The notes under the pieces are model-generated. The model worked only from the letters and a program-made list of their open reading frames with translations. It did no database searches and was not told where the DNA came from. The position numbers were made by a program, and so were the translations under genes. This document shows positions 18,999 through 28,217 of a stretch of DNA of 64,000 nucleotides, one piece after another (within the stretch, counting starts at the first letter, position 1; every line of letters starts with the position of its first letter). The stretch comes from an uncultured Gammaproteobacteria bacterium. GTDB lineage: Bacteria; Patescibacteriota; Microgenomatia; Daviesbacterales; UBA10151. The stretch spans positions 21,037 through 85,036 of the forward strand of contig CAYNFQ010000001.1 in the NCBI GenBank assembly GCA_964396715.1, read 5' to 3'.

Positions 18999-20085
18999 AA
19001 GTTATGGGAATGATACCAATTATAACAAGAATACTGCCTATGATGGATAAAAAATTTATTTGTTGTGGAGATTTAACTAATTTTTCAGGTGTTGATGATG
19101 GAGTAGTAGACGTAGTGGCAGCAGCCACAGTTGCACTATGATAGACTAGTGTATCATAACTTTTTGACTTATTGGCAGCAGTTTTACTTTTAGCTGATTG
19201 TTCCAATTGCGGTGAGGATAATGGGGTAGTAGTGGATGATGAGTTATCGGGTGATATGCCGCCCTGGTTAGTATTTTCAACAGCGGTAATTTTAATACCT
19301 GATTCATTACTCCAGGTGGGACCTGAACCAGCAGAGGTATATCTTGCCACTTTAAAAATATAATCACCAGTGCCTGTAAAACCAGAGTCCTCACTGTCTG
19401 GTTGAATCTCCAAGTTACCTGACCAATTTCCGGAAGAGTCTGTATTTATAGAGTATTGGCTGGAATAATTACCGCCATTCTTTACCCAGTTTCCAGAAAC
19501 TTTCGTCTGACCAAAATAATTGGTACTATCAGCTTTTTTAAAAGCTCCTTTAAGGTAAAAAGTGTTATTGGGATTATTTGGTAAAGATAAATTAATTAAT
19601 ACACTAAATTGTTGACCAGAGTTTATTTGTGAAGGAATATTTGAAATTAAAAAAGATGAGGTTGAAGAATTTGTAGGTAAAGGGGTAGAAGTGGCAGTAG
19701 GAGTGGGTGAAGAAGTAGGAGCAGGGGTTGGGTTTGCTTCAATTAAATTAAATGACCAAGTATTGCTCCAGCTACTCCATGTACCAGTTGAATCTCTTGC
19801 TTCTATCCGCCAATACCAAGTTCCTGGGTATAGAGCAGGAGTATAAGTAGTAGCTGTTTTATAACTGTCTCTATAAATACTTGAGACAGGAGAAAAACTG
19901 GGATCAATATGAATTTGTACTCTGTACGGATTAGAGGAATAAAGTGAATAAGATGGAGCCTGCCAGTTTAAAGATGAAGACGAAACTGTTGAGCCATTCT
20001 CGGGGCCCATTTGAGTTGGTGGTTCGCCAGCAAATACTGGTTTTACAAATAATAACCCTAGCAAGAGAAAGAGGATTGCCAGCAC
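18952..20085 (-). CDS. secreted, C-terminally membrane-anchored surface protein with Fn3/Ig-like domains and Ser/Thr/Pro-rich linkers
   Basis: N-terminal signal peptide, a beta-rich domain (WYWRIEARDSTGTWSSWS), a PTPAPTSSPTPTATSTPLPT linker, a second domain, an S/T-rich stalk and a C-terminal TM helix followed by basic residues. Confidence 0.5.
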   Translation of the reverse strand: MLAILFLLLGLLFVKPVFAGEPPTQMGPENGSTVSSSSLNWQAPSYSLYSSNPYRVQIHIDPSFSPVSSIYRDSYKTATTYTPALYPGTWYWRIEARDSTGTWSSWSNTWSFNLIEANPTPAPTSSPTPTATSTPLPTNSSTSSFLISNIPSQINSGQQFSVLINLSLPNNPNNTFYLKGAFKKADSTNYFGQTKVSGNWVKNGGNYSSQYSINTDSSGNWSGNLEIQPDSEDSGFTGTGDYIFKVARYTSAGSGPTWSNESGIKITAVENTNQGGISPDNSSSTTTPLSSPQLEQSAKSKTAANKSKSYDTLVYHSATVAAATTSTTPSSTPEKLVKSPQQINFLSIIGSILVIIGIIPITYAIYNKFGKRNKESS

Positions 20086-20100
20086 ATCTTTATACTAACA

Positions 20101-21291
20101 CTAGAGGATATGCCAGTACAAAGTAACTAGGCCGTTTTGGTGGTCAATTACCACTCCTTTACCCACAGGTGACCCTCCGGAAATATTGTAATTACAGGGA
20201 GCTTGGGTGGAATAAGCGATGCCGCCCTCTGCAGCTAAAATAGGTCTGCCTAACCCGCCGCCTCCCTGGGGGGCAATATCCAAACCTGTGTGTGAAGATG
20301 GAAACCCGAAAACTTTATAAACTTCCCCATATTCTGTAGTAATCACCCACCCCCCACCCGGAAATCCTGACACAGGGGAACCTAATTTTCCATTATCCAG
20401 AAAATTATGGGGATTAACACGATTCCCCAAAACCTTTCCTCCTTCCACCTTGGCATTTTCAAAAACTTCAAAATGCAAATGCGGGCCTGTTGAGCAGCCG
20501 GTTGAACCCATAGCAGCTATTACTTCACCTTTTGAAACTGGGCCTATCTTTGCCCCGACATTGGAAATAGCCTGGGCAATGGAGGTAATTTCCGCCTGCA
20601 GTTGGGCAATTATGCCCTGATAGCGGGCTTCATCGTTTTTGGTAACCCGCAGCAGTTCATCTTTATCTTTTTTTTGTTGCTCAAGCTGTTTTTTATACGC
20701 CTCAAGTTCATTATTTAATTTTTCCGCCTCAAACTGCCTTGTTTCCTTATCTTCTTTTTGGTCATTGTAGGCTAGTTTAGTGGCCTGCAGTTCATATAAC
20801 TTTTTCTTATCATAGGCTTGTGCTACCTGGATGTATTTAAGCCGTTCAATTAAATCGGCAAAGCCGTGAGAGGAAAAAAGCAGGTCAAATGTGGATAAGG
20901 CATTGCTGTATTTATATGTCTGGACAATTCTTCGCAGTAAAAGCTCTGAAAGCGTGTCCAAACTGGCACCAATCCTGTTAATTCTTCCCGATAAATCGGA
21001 GATCTCTCTTTTTAGTTTTTCTATTTTTAAATTGGTTTCCTCAATTTTTAAGGTGGTAATTTTTGATTGTCCGTCAATGATTGCCAGTTGAGATTTTAAG
21101 GTTTTTTCCTGATTTTGGACACCGTGAAGTTGATCCTCGCATTTACTCAATACCTCGCTCACACAGATCAGATGTTTTCCCGGATCAGAATCCGTACATG
21201 AGGATGAATCACAAGCTGTTTGAGCAAAAGTAGGATTGGGGGTTAGGGAGGCAGAACTAAATAGTAACAGTAATAGTAATAACTTTTTCAT
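20101..21291 (-). CDS. M23/LytM-family metallopeptidase with an N-terminal coiled coil (EnvC-like)
   Basis: Signal peptide and a long coiled-coil region. The C-terminal M23 domain carries GSTGCSTGPHLHFEV. Sits directly downstream of ftsE-ftsX. Confidence 0.85.
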   Translation of the reverse strand: MKKLLLLLLLFSSASLTPNPTFAQTACDSSSCTDSDPGKHLICVSEVLSKCEDQLHGVQNQEKTLKSQLAIIDGQSKITTLKIEETNLKIEKLKREISDLSGRINRIGASLDTLSELLLRRIVQTYKYSNALSTFDLLFSSHGFADLIERLKYIQVAQAYDKKKLYELQATKLAYNDQKEDKETRQFEAEKLNNELEAYKKQLEQQKKDKDELLRVTKNDEARYQGIIAQLQAEITSIAQAISNVGAKIGPVSKGEVIAAMGSTGCSTGPHLHFEVFENAKVEGGKVLGNRVNPHNFLDNGKLGSPVSGFPGGGWVITTEYGEVYKVFGFPSSHTGLDIAPQGGGGLGRPILAAEGGIAYSTQAPCNYNISGGSPVGKGVVIDHQNGLVTLYWHIL

Positions 21292-21299
21292 TCATCTCT

Positions 21300-22172
21300 C
21301 TAGATTTTTAAATAACGTCTGACAGCAAAAAGCGAACCAATTCCACCCACCAGACAGGCAGTCAATAAACTGGTTAGCAGAAGAGCTAACATAAAGAGGG
21401 GATTAACTGGTAACAGTTGGATTTCCCCCAAATACCCCTGCAAAAAAGGAGTAAAGTACCAAAGCAGGGCATAGGATAAAATCCAAGCCAGCATTGCTCC
21501 GCAAACCCCGTAAAACATCCCTTCCAAAATAAACGGGTTTCTGACAAATGATGAGGAGGCACCCAAAAGCCGCATAATTTCTATCTCGCCTCTTTTAAGC
21601 CTGATTTTAAATCCGATAATCATCACAATAACCAATGTGGCAAATATCATCAAAAACAAAACAGTTGCCCCACCCACCATTCTGATGATTGAGGTGACGG
21701 CAGTTAAAGTTTGTATCACATCCTCCGGCACAATCACTTCCGACACCACAGGTTCTCTTTTTAAAATTTCCGCAATCGGGGCCAAATCCTCCGGGTTTTG
21801 GGTTGATACTTCCAAAGAAGCAGGTAAAATATTGGCAGTGACTAATTCCAAAAGGGCTGGATCAGACTTATTTTTCTCCTGGTAAATTTGCAAAGCTTCT
21901 TCTTTGGAAACGAATTTTGTTTTAGTCACCCGGCTTTCTTCAAGCAGGGCATTTTCTATGGCAGAAACATCCTGGGAAGTAGTTCCTTCCTTAAAAAAAA
22001 CAATTACCTGAGGCTTACTTTCAAAATAGCGCAAGGTGGCTTGTGAACCAAGAGCTAAAATCAAAAAAGTAAGTAGCGCGAAAAATGTCAGAAACATTAT
22101 CATTGAGGCAGCCAGCGCCTGAAACGGAGTTCTTCTGATATTTCTTTTGGCATATTCAAATGATCTACTCAT
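21300..22172 (-). CDS. ftsX: cell-division ABC transporter permease FtsX
   Basis: 4-TM topology with a large periplasmic loop after TM1, typical of FtsX. Overlaps ftsE by 8 bp. Confidence 0.85.
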   Translation of the reverse strand: MSRSFEYAKRNIRRTPFQALAASMIMFLTFFALLTFLILALGSQATLRYFESKPQVIVFFKEGTTSQDVSAIENALLEESRVTKTKFVSKEEALQIYQEKNKSDPALLELVTANILPASLEVSTQNPEDLAPIAEILKREPVVSEVIVPEDVIQTLTAVTSIIRMVGGATVLFLMIFATLVIVMIIGFKIRLKRGEIEIMRLLGASSSFVRNPFILEGMFYGVCGAMLAWILSYALLWYFTPFLQGYLGEIQLLPVNPLFMLALLLTSLLTACLVGGIGSLFAVRRYLKI

Positions 22173-22839
22173 ATTTACCTTCTTTGGAATCAGATGTAAT
22201 TTTTCCTTTTTTTAAAGTAATAACCCTTTTTTTTAAAGAATTGACAATTTCCTGGTTGTGGGTTGCCATAATCACAATTGTTCCCCAGGAGTTGATTTCA
22301 TTTAAAAGTTGTATGACCCCCCAGGCGGTTTTTTGATCCAAATCCCCTGTTGGTTCATCAGCCAGCAGTATGTCAGGTTTTCCTACAATGGCCCGGGCAA
22401 TGGCGGTTCTTTGTGCCTCCCCACCGGAAAGCTGTCTTGGGAAAAGATTCCGTTTATCCCAAATCTCCACCAGCTTCAAGATGTGTTCAACCATTTTGGC
22501 AATCTCTCCCTCATTTTTTCCTAAAACCTCCAAAGTTAAGGCCACGTTTTCAAAGACAGTCCGATCATCCAACAATTTGAAATCCTGAAATACTACTCCC
22601 ACTTTTCGGCGAAGAGAGGGAATATCCTGATCTTTAATTTTGGTAATATCCTGATTCCCAATCATTACTTTGCCGTTTGTGGGTGAAACTTCTTTGGTTA
22701 AAATACGAAGCAAAGTGGATTTACCGGCGCCAGAAGGCCCCACCGCAAAAACAAACTCACCCTGTTTAATTTCCAGTGAAATATCGTCTAAAGCTATGGT
22801 TGAGCCGTATTTTTTTGAAACAGAATCGAAACGTATCAT
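22165..22839 (-). CDS. ftsE: cell-division ABC transporter ATP-binding protein FtsE
   Basis: Walker A GPSGAGKST, signature LSGGEAQR and Walker B ILLADEPTG. 224 aa. Confidence 0.9.
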   Translation of the reverse strand: MIRFDSVSKKYGSTIALDDISLEIKQGEFVFAVGPSGAGKSTLLRILTKEVSPTNGKVMIGNQDITKIKDQDIPSLRRKVGVVFQDFKLLDDRTVFENVALTLEVLGKNEGEIAKMVEHILKLVEIWDKRNLFPRQLSGGEAQRTAIARAIVGKPDILLADEPTGDLDQKTAWGVIQLLNEINSWGTIVIMATHNQEIVNSLKKRVITLKKGKITSDSKEGKYE

Positions 22840-22842
22840 TCA

Positions 22843-23292
22843 TTAATTAATTTCTTCTACTTTACCTACATCCATCAGCCAGCCTTCTTTTAAGGCTTTT
22901 TGTGTTTCGCCAAAAACCTTAACATTTTTGCCTTCATAAAGGGAGAGGTCTACAACAGAGGAAGTTAAGGCAACAGGAACAGCGCCTTCTCTTTCCAGAT
23001 TATGAGTTCCTTCGGTATAGGCGGTTGGATCTTTGGGTTGCGGCTTTGCCTTAATGGTGCCTTCTGCAAAGTCTCTGAAGGTGCGGGTGTCTGCCTGTGG
23101 AGTGTTTGGAGTACCGGCAGTACTCAAATTGTCCCCCGTAGCGTCTTTTGTTGCCAGCAGAAAACCTGAGACTGCTCCTAAAACAATTGATGAAATAACA
23201 ACTATTAAAAGCATTTTCTTGGGATTGTCTGAGTCAACAAAGTGCCTGGTGATATTTTCACTTATTGTTGTTTTAGGAGCTACGGGTTCCAT
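22843..23292 (-). CDS. hypothetical membrane-anchored protein
   Basis: 149 aa with one N-proximal TM helix and a C-terminal soluble domain. No family recognised. Confidence 0.4.
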   Translation of the reverse strand: MEPVAPKTTISENITRHFVDSDNPKKMLLIVVISSIVLGAVSGFLLATKDATGDNLSTAGTPNTPQADTRTFRDFAEGTIKAKPQPKDPTAYTEGTHNLEREGAVPVALTSSVVDLSLYEGKNVKVFGETQKALKEGWLMDVGKVEEIN

Positions 23293-23336
23293 ATATGTAA
23301 CTTATATTAACAGTAAATTGAGTAATTTGTCTACCC

Positions 23337-24431
23337 TTATTTTTGCAACATTCTCAATTCTGATTCTATAAATTGATCCAAGTTTCCGTCCAAAACGCCG
23401 TCAGTATCTGAAGTTTCAATATTAGTCCTTAAATCTTTAACCATATGATAAGGATGCAATACATATGATCTAATTTGGGTCCCCCATGAGGCTTGAGTAT
23501 TTTCACCTTTTAGCTCTTTTTTCAGTTTTTCACCCTGAGCTTGTCGAAGGGCCCAAAGTTTGGCCAAAAGCAGTTTCATGGCATTTTCTCTGTTTTGGAG
23601 TTGGGATCTCTCTGTTTGGGCAGTGACTGTAATGCCTGTGGGAATATGCTTTACCCTCACTGCTGTTGAAACTTTATTTACATTTTGCCCTCCGGCCCCT
23701 CCGGATCTGAAGGCCTCAAATTCTATGTCTGCTTCATTTATCTCAACCTCACTGGGATTAATTACAGGTAAAACTTCAACTAAGGCAAAGGATGTCTGTC
23801 TTAGTTTATCTGCATTAAAAGGGGATTGTCTGACTAACCTGTGGGTGCCTCGCTCACCTTTTAAATAACCAAAGGCATATGGTTCGTGGATAATCATGGA
23901 AAAAGTTTTATATCCTGCCTCCTCTCCTGGCATCTCATCTGTTACTTCATATTCCCAGCCCTTTTTCTCAACATACCGTTGATACATTCTGGCAAGCATA
24001 GCAGTCCAATCCATGGCCTCAACTCCGCCTGTGCCTGAGTGAACAGATAAAATAGCGTCTGCCCCATCATGAGGATTAGATAAAAAGAGTTTAAGTTCTA
24101 TTGAATTCATTTGCTCTTGAATCTTATCAGCTTCCTTGTTGATCTCCAAAAGCATTGATTGTGCCTCCAAGGCGTCCCCCTGTAGGCTCGACAGCTCAAT
24201 GGCCTCATCCATTCTTTTTTTAAGAGTCTCTAAAGTTTCCAAATTTTTTTGTTTGTTTGCCAGATTTTGTGTAATCTTCCTTGCTTCTTCATGATTATTC
24301 CAAAACCCTGCCGTCATAGTATCAGCCTCAAGCTCCCTAATTTCTCTTCTTAGCTGATCTTGATCAATTTGAGTAGAGATCTTTTGGAATCTTTCCTTTA
24401 AATTTTTTAATTTATCCTGTAAATCTTGCAT
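23337..24431 (-). CDS. prfB: peptide chain release factor 2
   Basis: GGQ motif ([11 protein letters not shown]) and the SPF tripeptide that specifies RF2. The ATG at 24431 (MQDLQDKL) gives about 365 aa. The ORF is continuous, so there is no programmed +1 frameshift. Confidence 0.9.
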   Translation of the reverse strand: MQDLQDKLKNLKERFQKISTQIDQDQLRREIRELEADTMTAGFWNNHEEARKITQNLANKQKNLETLETLKKRMDEAIELSSLQGDALEAQSMLLEINKEADKIQEQMNSIELKLFLSNPHDGADAILSVHSGTGGVEAMDWTAMLARMYQRYVEKKGWEYEVTDEMPGEEAGYKTFSMIIHEPYAFGYLKGERGTHRLVRQSPFNADKLRQTSFALVEVLPVINPSEVEINEADIEFEAFRSGGAGGQNVNKVSTAVRVKHIPTGITVTAQTERSQLQNRENAMKLLLAKLWALRQAQGEKLKKELKGENTQASWGTQIRSYVLHPYHMVKDLRTNIETSDTDGVLDGNLDQFIESELRMLQK

Positions 24432-24449
24432 GTAGGAATTATATCCTAC

Positions 24450-24488
24450 TTGACAATAAATATACAAGTTATATACAATACTTGTATA
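24450..24488 (+). promoter_or_regulatory. promoter (TTGACA-N16-TATACAAT) overlapped by a perfect 9-bp inverted-repeat operator, upstream of the RHH antitoxin
   Basis: TTGACA at 24450-24455. Inverted-repeat arms TATACAAGT (24461-24469) and ACTTGTATA (24480-24488) with a 10-nt spacer. The right arm overlaps the ATG at 24488. Confidence 0.5.
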
Positions 24489-24736
24489 TGCAAACACAAA
24501 CTTTTAATATAGCTTTGCCTAAAGATCTAGTCAAAAAAGTAGATCAACAAGCTAAAGAAGAATACAAAAATAGATCAGAACTTATCCGTGAGGCCTTGAG
24601 AATTTATCTAAAGAGAAGAGAAGATTGGAATCAAATATTCAAAGCAGGAAGGGAAGCAGCTAGGAAAATGGGCATTACAAGCGAAAAGCAAATAAATGAT
24701 ATTGTTTATGAATTCCGTCACGGACGAAAACCTTAA
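24482..24736 (+). CDS. ribbon-helix-helix (CopG/Arc-like) antitoxin
   Basis: An N-terminal beta-strand then two helices ([36 protein letters not shown]). Its 3' end overlaps the PIN gene. The likely ATG is at 24488. Confidence 0.6.
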   Translation: MYMQTQTFNIALPKDLVKKVDQQAKEEYKNRSELIREALRIYLKRREDWNQIFKAGREAARKMGITSEKQINDIVYEFRHGRKP

Positions 24737-25130
24737 AGTAGTTTTAGATACTAATATTCTAATATCCGCTATAGCTTTCGGGGGTAAACCAGAGGAAGTA
24801 TTAAATCTAGTATTAGATGAAAAGATTATTGCAGTTACCTCCCCTATTCTTTTAGCAGAATTTCAAGAAGTATATAATAAAAACTTCCCTTTAAAATTTG
24901 TGGATTTTGAGTTAACACTGGAAAAGATTGAAGAAATTTTCAAAATAGTAAAACCTAAGAGATCTCTTAAAATAGTTAGGGATGAAGATGATAATAGAGT
25001 CCTGGAGGCAGCTGCGGAAGGGTCTTGTAAGTTTATCATTACAGGGGATAAAGATTTACTTGATTTAGCAAATTATCAAAATATAAAAATTGTGACTGCT
25101 GAGCAATTTTTGTCCGAATTTCTTATATGA
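24696..25130 (+). CDS. PIN-domain toxin (TIGR00305/PIN_3-like)
   Basis: VVLDTNILISA and the C-terminal DDNRVLEAAAEG...IITGDKDLL are characteristic of the putative-toxin PIN family. The start may be the ATG at 24708. Confidence 0.75.
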   Translation: MILFMNSVTDENLKVVLDTNILISAIAFGGKPEEVLNLVLDEKIIAVTSPILLAEFQEVYNKNFPLKFVDFELTLEKIEEIFKIVKPKRSLKIVRDEDDNRVLEAAAEGSCKFIITGDKDLLDLANYQNIKIVTAEQFLSEFLI

Positions 25131-25429
25131 TTTTGTATATTGATACCAGAGATAGTAAAAAAATAATTGTGTTTTTGAAAAAAGAGGGGAAAGTGATGGC
25201 AGAATTATCTAAACAAAATGAATATGGTTCACAGGTTTTGCTGCCATTGATTTTAAGATTACTGAAAACTGTAAACTGTAACCTGAAAACTCTCAAAGGA
25301 ATTGAAGTAGAAACTGGGCCTGGGTCTTTTACTGGACTTCGGGTTGGAGTATCAGTTGCTAATGCTTTAGCCTACTCATTAAATATTCCTGTTAATGGTA
25401 AGAAAATAGAAGCAGATTTGGTATACTGA
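25127..25429 (+). CDS. tsaB: TsaB-like protein, N-terminal domain only
   Basis: TGPGSFTGLRVGVSVANALAYSLNIPV is the conserved TsaB/YeaZ N-domain. The ORF stops after about 100 aa, whereas TsaB is normally about 230 aa. Confidence 0.55.
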   Translation: MILYIDTRDSKKIIVFLKKEGKVMAELSKQNEYGSQVLLPLILRLLKTVNCNLKTLKGIEVETGPGSFTGLRVGVSVANALAYSLNIPVNGKKIEADLVY

Positions 25430-25433
25430 ATAC

Positions 25434-26318
25434 ATGTTCTGGCATAAGATCCATCACTGGTTCATTCCACATCAAGAGACACACCAGAAAGCCCACCTGA
25501 TTTCCTGGGAAGGGCTTTTAATATATATTCTGTTTTTTATTTTTTTGCAGGTGGGATTTTCCGCGATAGGGTATTCCAAACCCGGGATTTTGGGGATTTC
25601 TGCCAATTTAGACCAACAAGTTTTGATTGAATTGACCAATAAAGAACGGCAAAAGTTAGGTTTGCCGCCTGTTTCGGAAAACGAGGCTTTGGATAAGGCT
25701 GCGGAGCTAAAAGCCCAAAATATGTTTGCGGAAAACTACTGGTCGCACTTTGCCCCTTCCGGCAAAACACCCTGGGATTTTATCTTGGGTTCAGGATATA
25801 AATTTACCTATGCGGGGGAAAATTTGGCCAAAAATTTTTACAGTTCTTCAGATGTGGTGTCTGCCTGGATGGCATCTCAAACCCACCGGGATAACCTTTT
25901 AAACCCCAAGTATCAGGATATTGGGATTGCTGTGGTGGAAGGAGTTTTAAATGGACAAAAAACTACCCTGGTGGTGCAGGAATTCGGCAGCACTCAAATG
26001 ATAGCGGGAAATCCTTCAGTTAATGTCCAGGGAAAACAGATTCAAATTCCCAAGGAAGAGTATGCTGCAAAAGGGGAGCTTTTGCTGGCTGCATCCAAAA
26101 CAATCACCGGCATAAAACCCTTGCTTAATCCCTATTCATTTATCAAGTTCGCCTCTTTTTCCGTAATTTTGTTGATCGCTACCCTGCTGATAGTTGATAT
26201 TTGGGTTTTGAGGAGGCGGGGAGTGTTCAGAATTTCTTCACACCATATAGCTCATATGGCGTTGCTTTCTCTAACAGCAGGCAGTCTCTTTTTGGCAAAT
26301 CCAGGAGCAATTCTATGA
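25434..26318 (+). CDS. CAP/SCP (PR-1-like) domain membrane protein
   Basis: N-terminal TM helix, a CAP-domain signature (NKERQKLGLPPVSENEAL...AENYWSH...GENL...HRDNLLNP..IGIAVV) and a C-terminal TM helix. Confidence 0.7.
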   Translation: MFWHKIHHWFIPHQETHQKAHLISWEGLLIYILFFIFLQVGFSAIGYSKPGILGISANLDQQVLIELTNKERQKLGLPPVSENEALDKAAELKAQNMFAENYWSHFAPSGKTPWDFILGSGYKFTYAGENLAKNFYSSSDVVSAWMASQTHRDNLLNPKYQDIGIAVVEGVLNGQKTTLVVQEFGSTQMIAGNPSVNVQGKQIQIPKEEYAAKGELLLAASKTITGIKPLLNPYSFIKFASFSVILLIATLLIVDIWVLRRRGVFRISSHHIAHMALLSLTAGSLFLANPGAIL

Positions 26319-26473
26319 CACCTTTAAAAATTTTACTGATCGGTATACTGATTTATTTGGCTTGGGCCTTTATTTTCCACAAACGTGATAAAAGTTTGAC
26401 TTGGCCCATTTTTTTGGAGTATGTTTTAACTGCTGTTTTAGTTTTGATACTTCTTTTGGGAGTTTTAGTATAA
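26315..26473 (+). CDS. small 2-TM membrane peptide
   Basis: 52 aa (MTPLKILLIGILIYLAWAF...). Its ATGA overlaps the CAP-gene stop. Weak call. Confidence 0.3.
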   Translation: MTPLKILLIGILIYLAWAFIFHKRDKSLTWPIFLEYVLTAVLVLILLLGVLV

Positions 26474-26480
26474 TTAAACT

Positions 26481-27212
26481 ATGAAAGGTGTCATATTGGC
26501 AGGAGGATTGGGAACCCGTCTTTATCCTCTGACTAAAGTTACAAATAAACACTTATTGCCGGTTTACAACAAACCGATGATTTTTTATCCGATAGATACA
26601 TTGGTCAAAGCAGGCATTACTGATATTTTGGTGGTGACAGGAGGACCTCACTGCGGCCACTTTATGTCTATTTTAAAAAATGGACAGGAGTTGGGAATTA
26701 AACATTTAGAATATGCTTATCAGGAGGATGAAGGTGGTATTGCTCACGCTTTATCCTTGGCTGAAAATTTTGCCGAAGGAGACAGTATTGCGGTAATTTT
26801 GGGTGATAATACTTCTGATTCCGATATTTCGGAGGCTGTTAGTAACTTCAAAGAAGGAGCATTGATATTTTTAAAAGAAGTTCCCGACCCCGAGCGTTTC
26901 GGCATTGCCACTTTTGACCCAAAAGATTCTTCAAAAATAATCAAAATAACGGAAAAGCCAAAAAACCCTGATTCTAAAATGGCAGTGACGGGAGTTTATA
27001 TTTATGATAACAAGGTTTTCGATTTTATCAGAGAAATAAAACCATCGGACAGAGGGGAACTGGAGATTACCGATGTTAATAATAAATATGTAGAAAAGGG
27101 TCAGCTTTCTTGGAGCGAACTGAAAGGTTACTGGTGGGATGCCGGCACCTTTGATACTTTGCTTGAGGCCCAAAACTTTTGGGCAAAGAAGGTAAAGGAG
27201 CAGAGTCAATAA
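26481..27212 (+). CDS. sugar-1-phosphate nucleotidyltransferase, short-form glucose-1-phosphate thymidylyltransferase-like
   Basis: GGLGTRLYPLT G-x-G-T-R motif. 243 aa, lacking the long C-terminal domain. Immediately upstream of rmlB and rmlC. Confidence 0.8.
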   Translation: MKGVILAGGLGTRLYPLTKVTNKHLLPVYNKPMIFYPIDTLVKAGITDILVVTGGPHCGHFMSILKNGQELGIKHLEYAYQEDEGGIAHALSLAENFAEGDSIAVILGDNTSDSDISEAVSNFKEGALIFLKEVPDPERFGIATFDPKDSSKIIKITEKPKNPDSKMAVTGVYIYDNKVFDFIREIKPSDRGELEITDVNNKYVEKGQLSWSELKGYWWDAGTFDTLLEAQNFWAKKVKEQSQ

Positions 27213-28217
27213 ATGAAGCTTTTAGTTACGGGAGGAGCAGGGTTCATAGGCAGTAACTTCATTCATTACTGGATTCAAAATCACCCGGAGGATCAGATTA
27301 TTAATTTTGATGCGCTAACTTATGCAGGTCATTTAGAAAGTCTTAAAGATGTGGCTGATAATCCCAATTATGAGTTTATAAAAGGAGATATAACAAACCC
27401 CGAAGATATTAACAAGGCGATGGAGGGGGTTGGTGTTGTTGTTCATTTTGCTGCAGAGTCCCATGTAGACCGTTCCATAATGAACCCTTCGGTATTTGTC
27501 AGCACAAATGTGCTAGGAACTGCCACACTGCTTAATGCAGCGCTAGAGTTTAAAGTAGATCGATTTCATCATGTGTCAACAGATGAGGTATATGGAGACC
27601 TTGGTCCAAATGATCCTCCTTTTACAGAAGAGTCTCCTTATGCTCCGAGAACTTCTTATGCTGCTTCCAAAGCCGGGTCTGATCATTTAGTCAGAGCGTA
27701 TTTTGAAACTTATGGTTTACCTATAACTATCACAAATTGTGCAAATAACTACGGCCCGTATCATGATCCGGAAAAGTTAATCCCGCGTTTTATTACAAAT
27801 TTGCTAGAGGGCAAAAAGGTTCCTTTAATGGGAAAAGGTGAAAATATCAGGGAATGGCTTCATGTAGATGATCATGCTAGTGCAATTGATCTGGTTTTAC
27901 AAAAAGGCAATGCGGGGGAAATATATCTTATCCAGGGTGAGGAAAAAACCAATTACGAAATAACTCAAATGATTTTAAAAATCTTGGGAATGGATGAGTC
28001 GATGATAGAATATGTTGGTCACAGATTAGGTCATGATTTCCGTTATGCAATTGATGGCAGCAAAATAAAGGCATTGGGTTGGAAAAGAAAACATACTCTT
28101 TTGGAGGATTTACCTAAAGTAATTGAGTGGTATAAAGAAAATGAGTGGTGGTGGAAACCACTTAAAAGTGACAGGCCAAATGTGGATAGAGTAGCCCAAA
28201 AATCTTATGGAAACTAA
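27213..28217 (+). CDS. rfbB: dTDP-glucose 4,6-dehydratase
   Basis: GGAGFIGSNF, a TDEVYG catalytic region and a YAASKA (YxxxK) motif. RmlB-like, 334 aa. Confidence 0.9.
   Translation: MKLLVTGGAGFIGSNFIHYWIQNHPEDQIINFDALTYAGHLESLKDVADNPNYEFIKGDITNPEDINKAMEGVGVVVHFAAESHVDRSIMNPSVFVSTNVLGTATLLNAALEFKVDRFHHVSTDEVYGDLGPNDPPFTEESPYAPRTSYAASKAGSDHLVRAYFETYGLPITITNCANNYGPYHDPEKLIPRFITNLLEGKKVPLMGKGENIREWLHVDDHASAIDLVLQKGNAGEIYLIQGEEKTNYEITQMILKILGMDESMIEYVGHRLGHDFRYAIDGSKIKALGWKRKHTLLEDLPKVIEWYKENEWWWKPLKSDRPNVDRVAQKSYGN

Noticed and set aside
23337-24431. Programmed +1 frameshift in prfB
   Set aside because: I looked for the CUU-UGA-C autoregulatory site that is common in RF2 genes. The ORF is continuous from MQDLQ to the stop with no internal TGA, so no frameshift is present.
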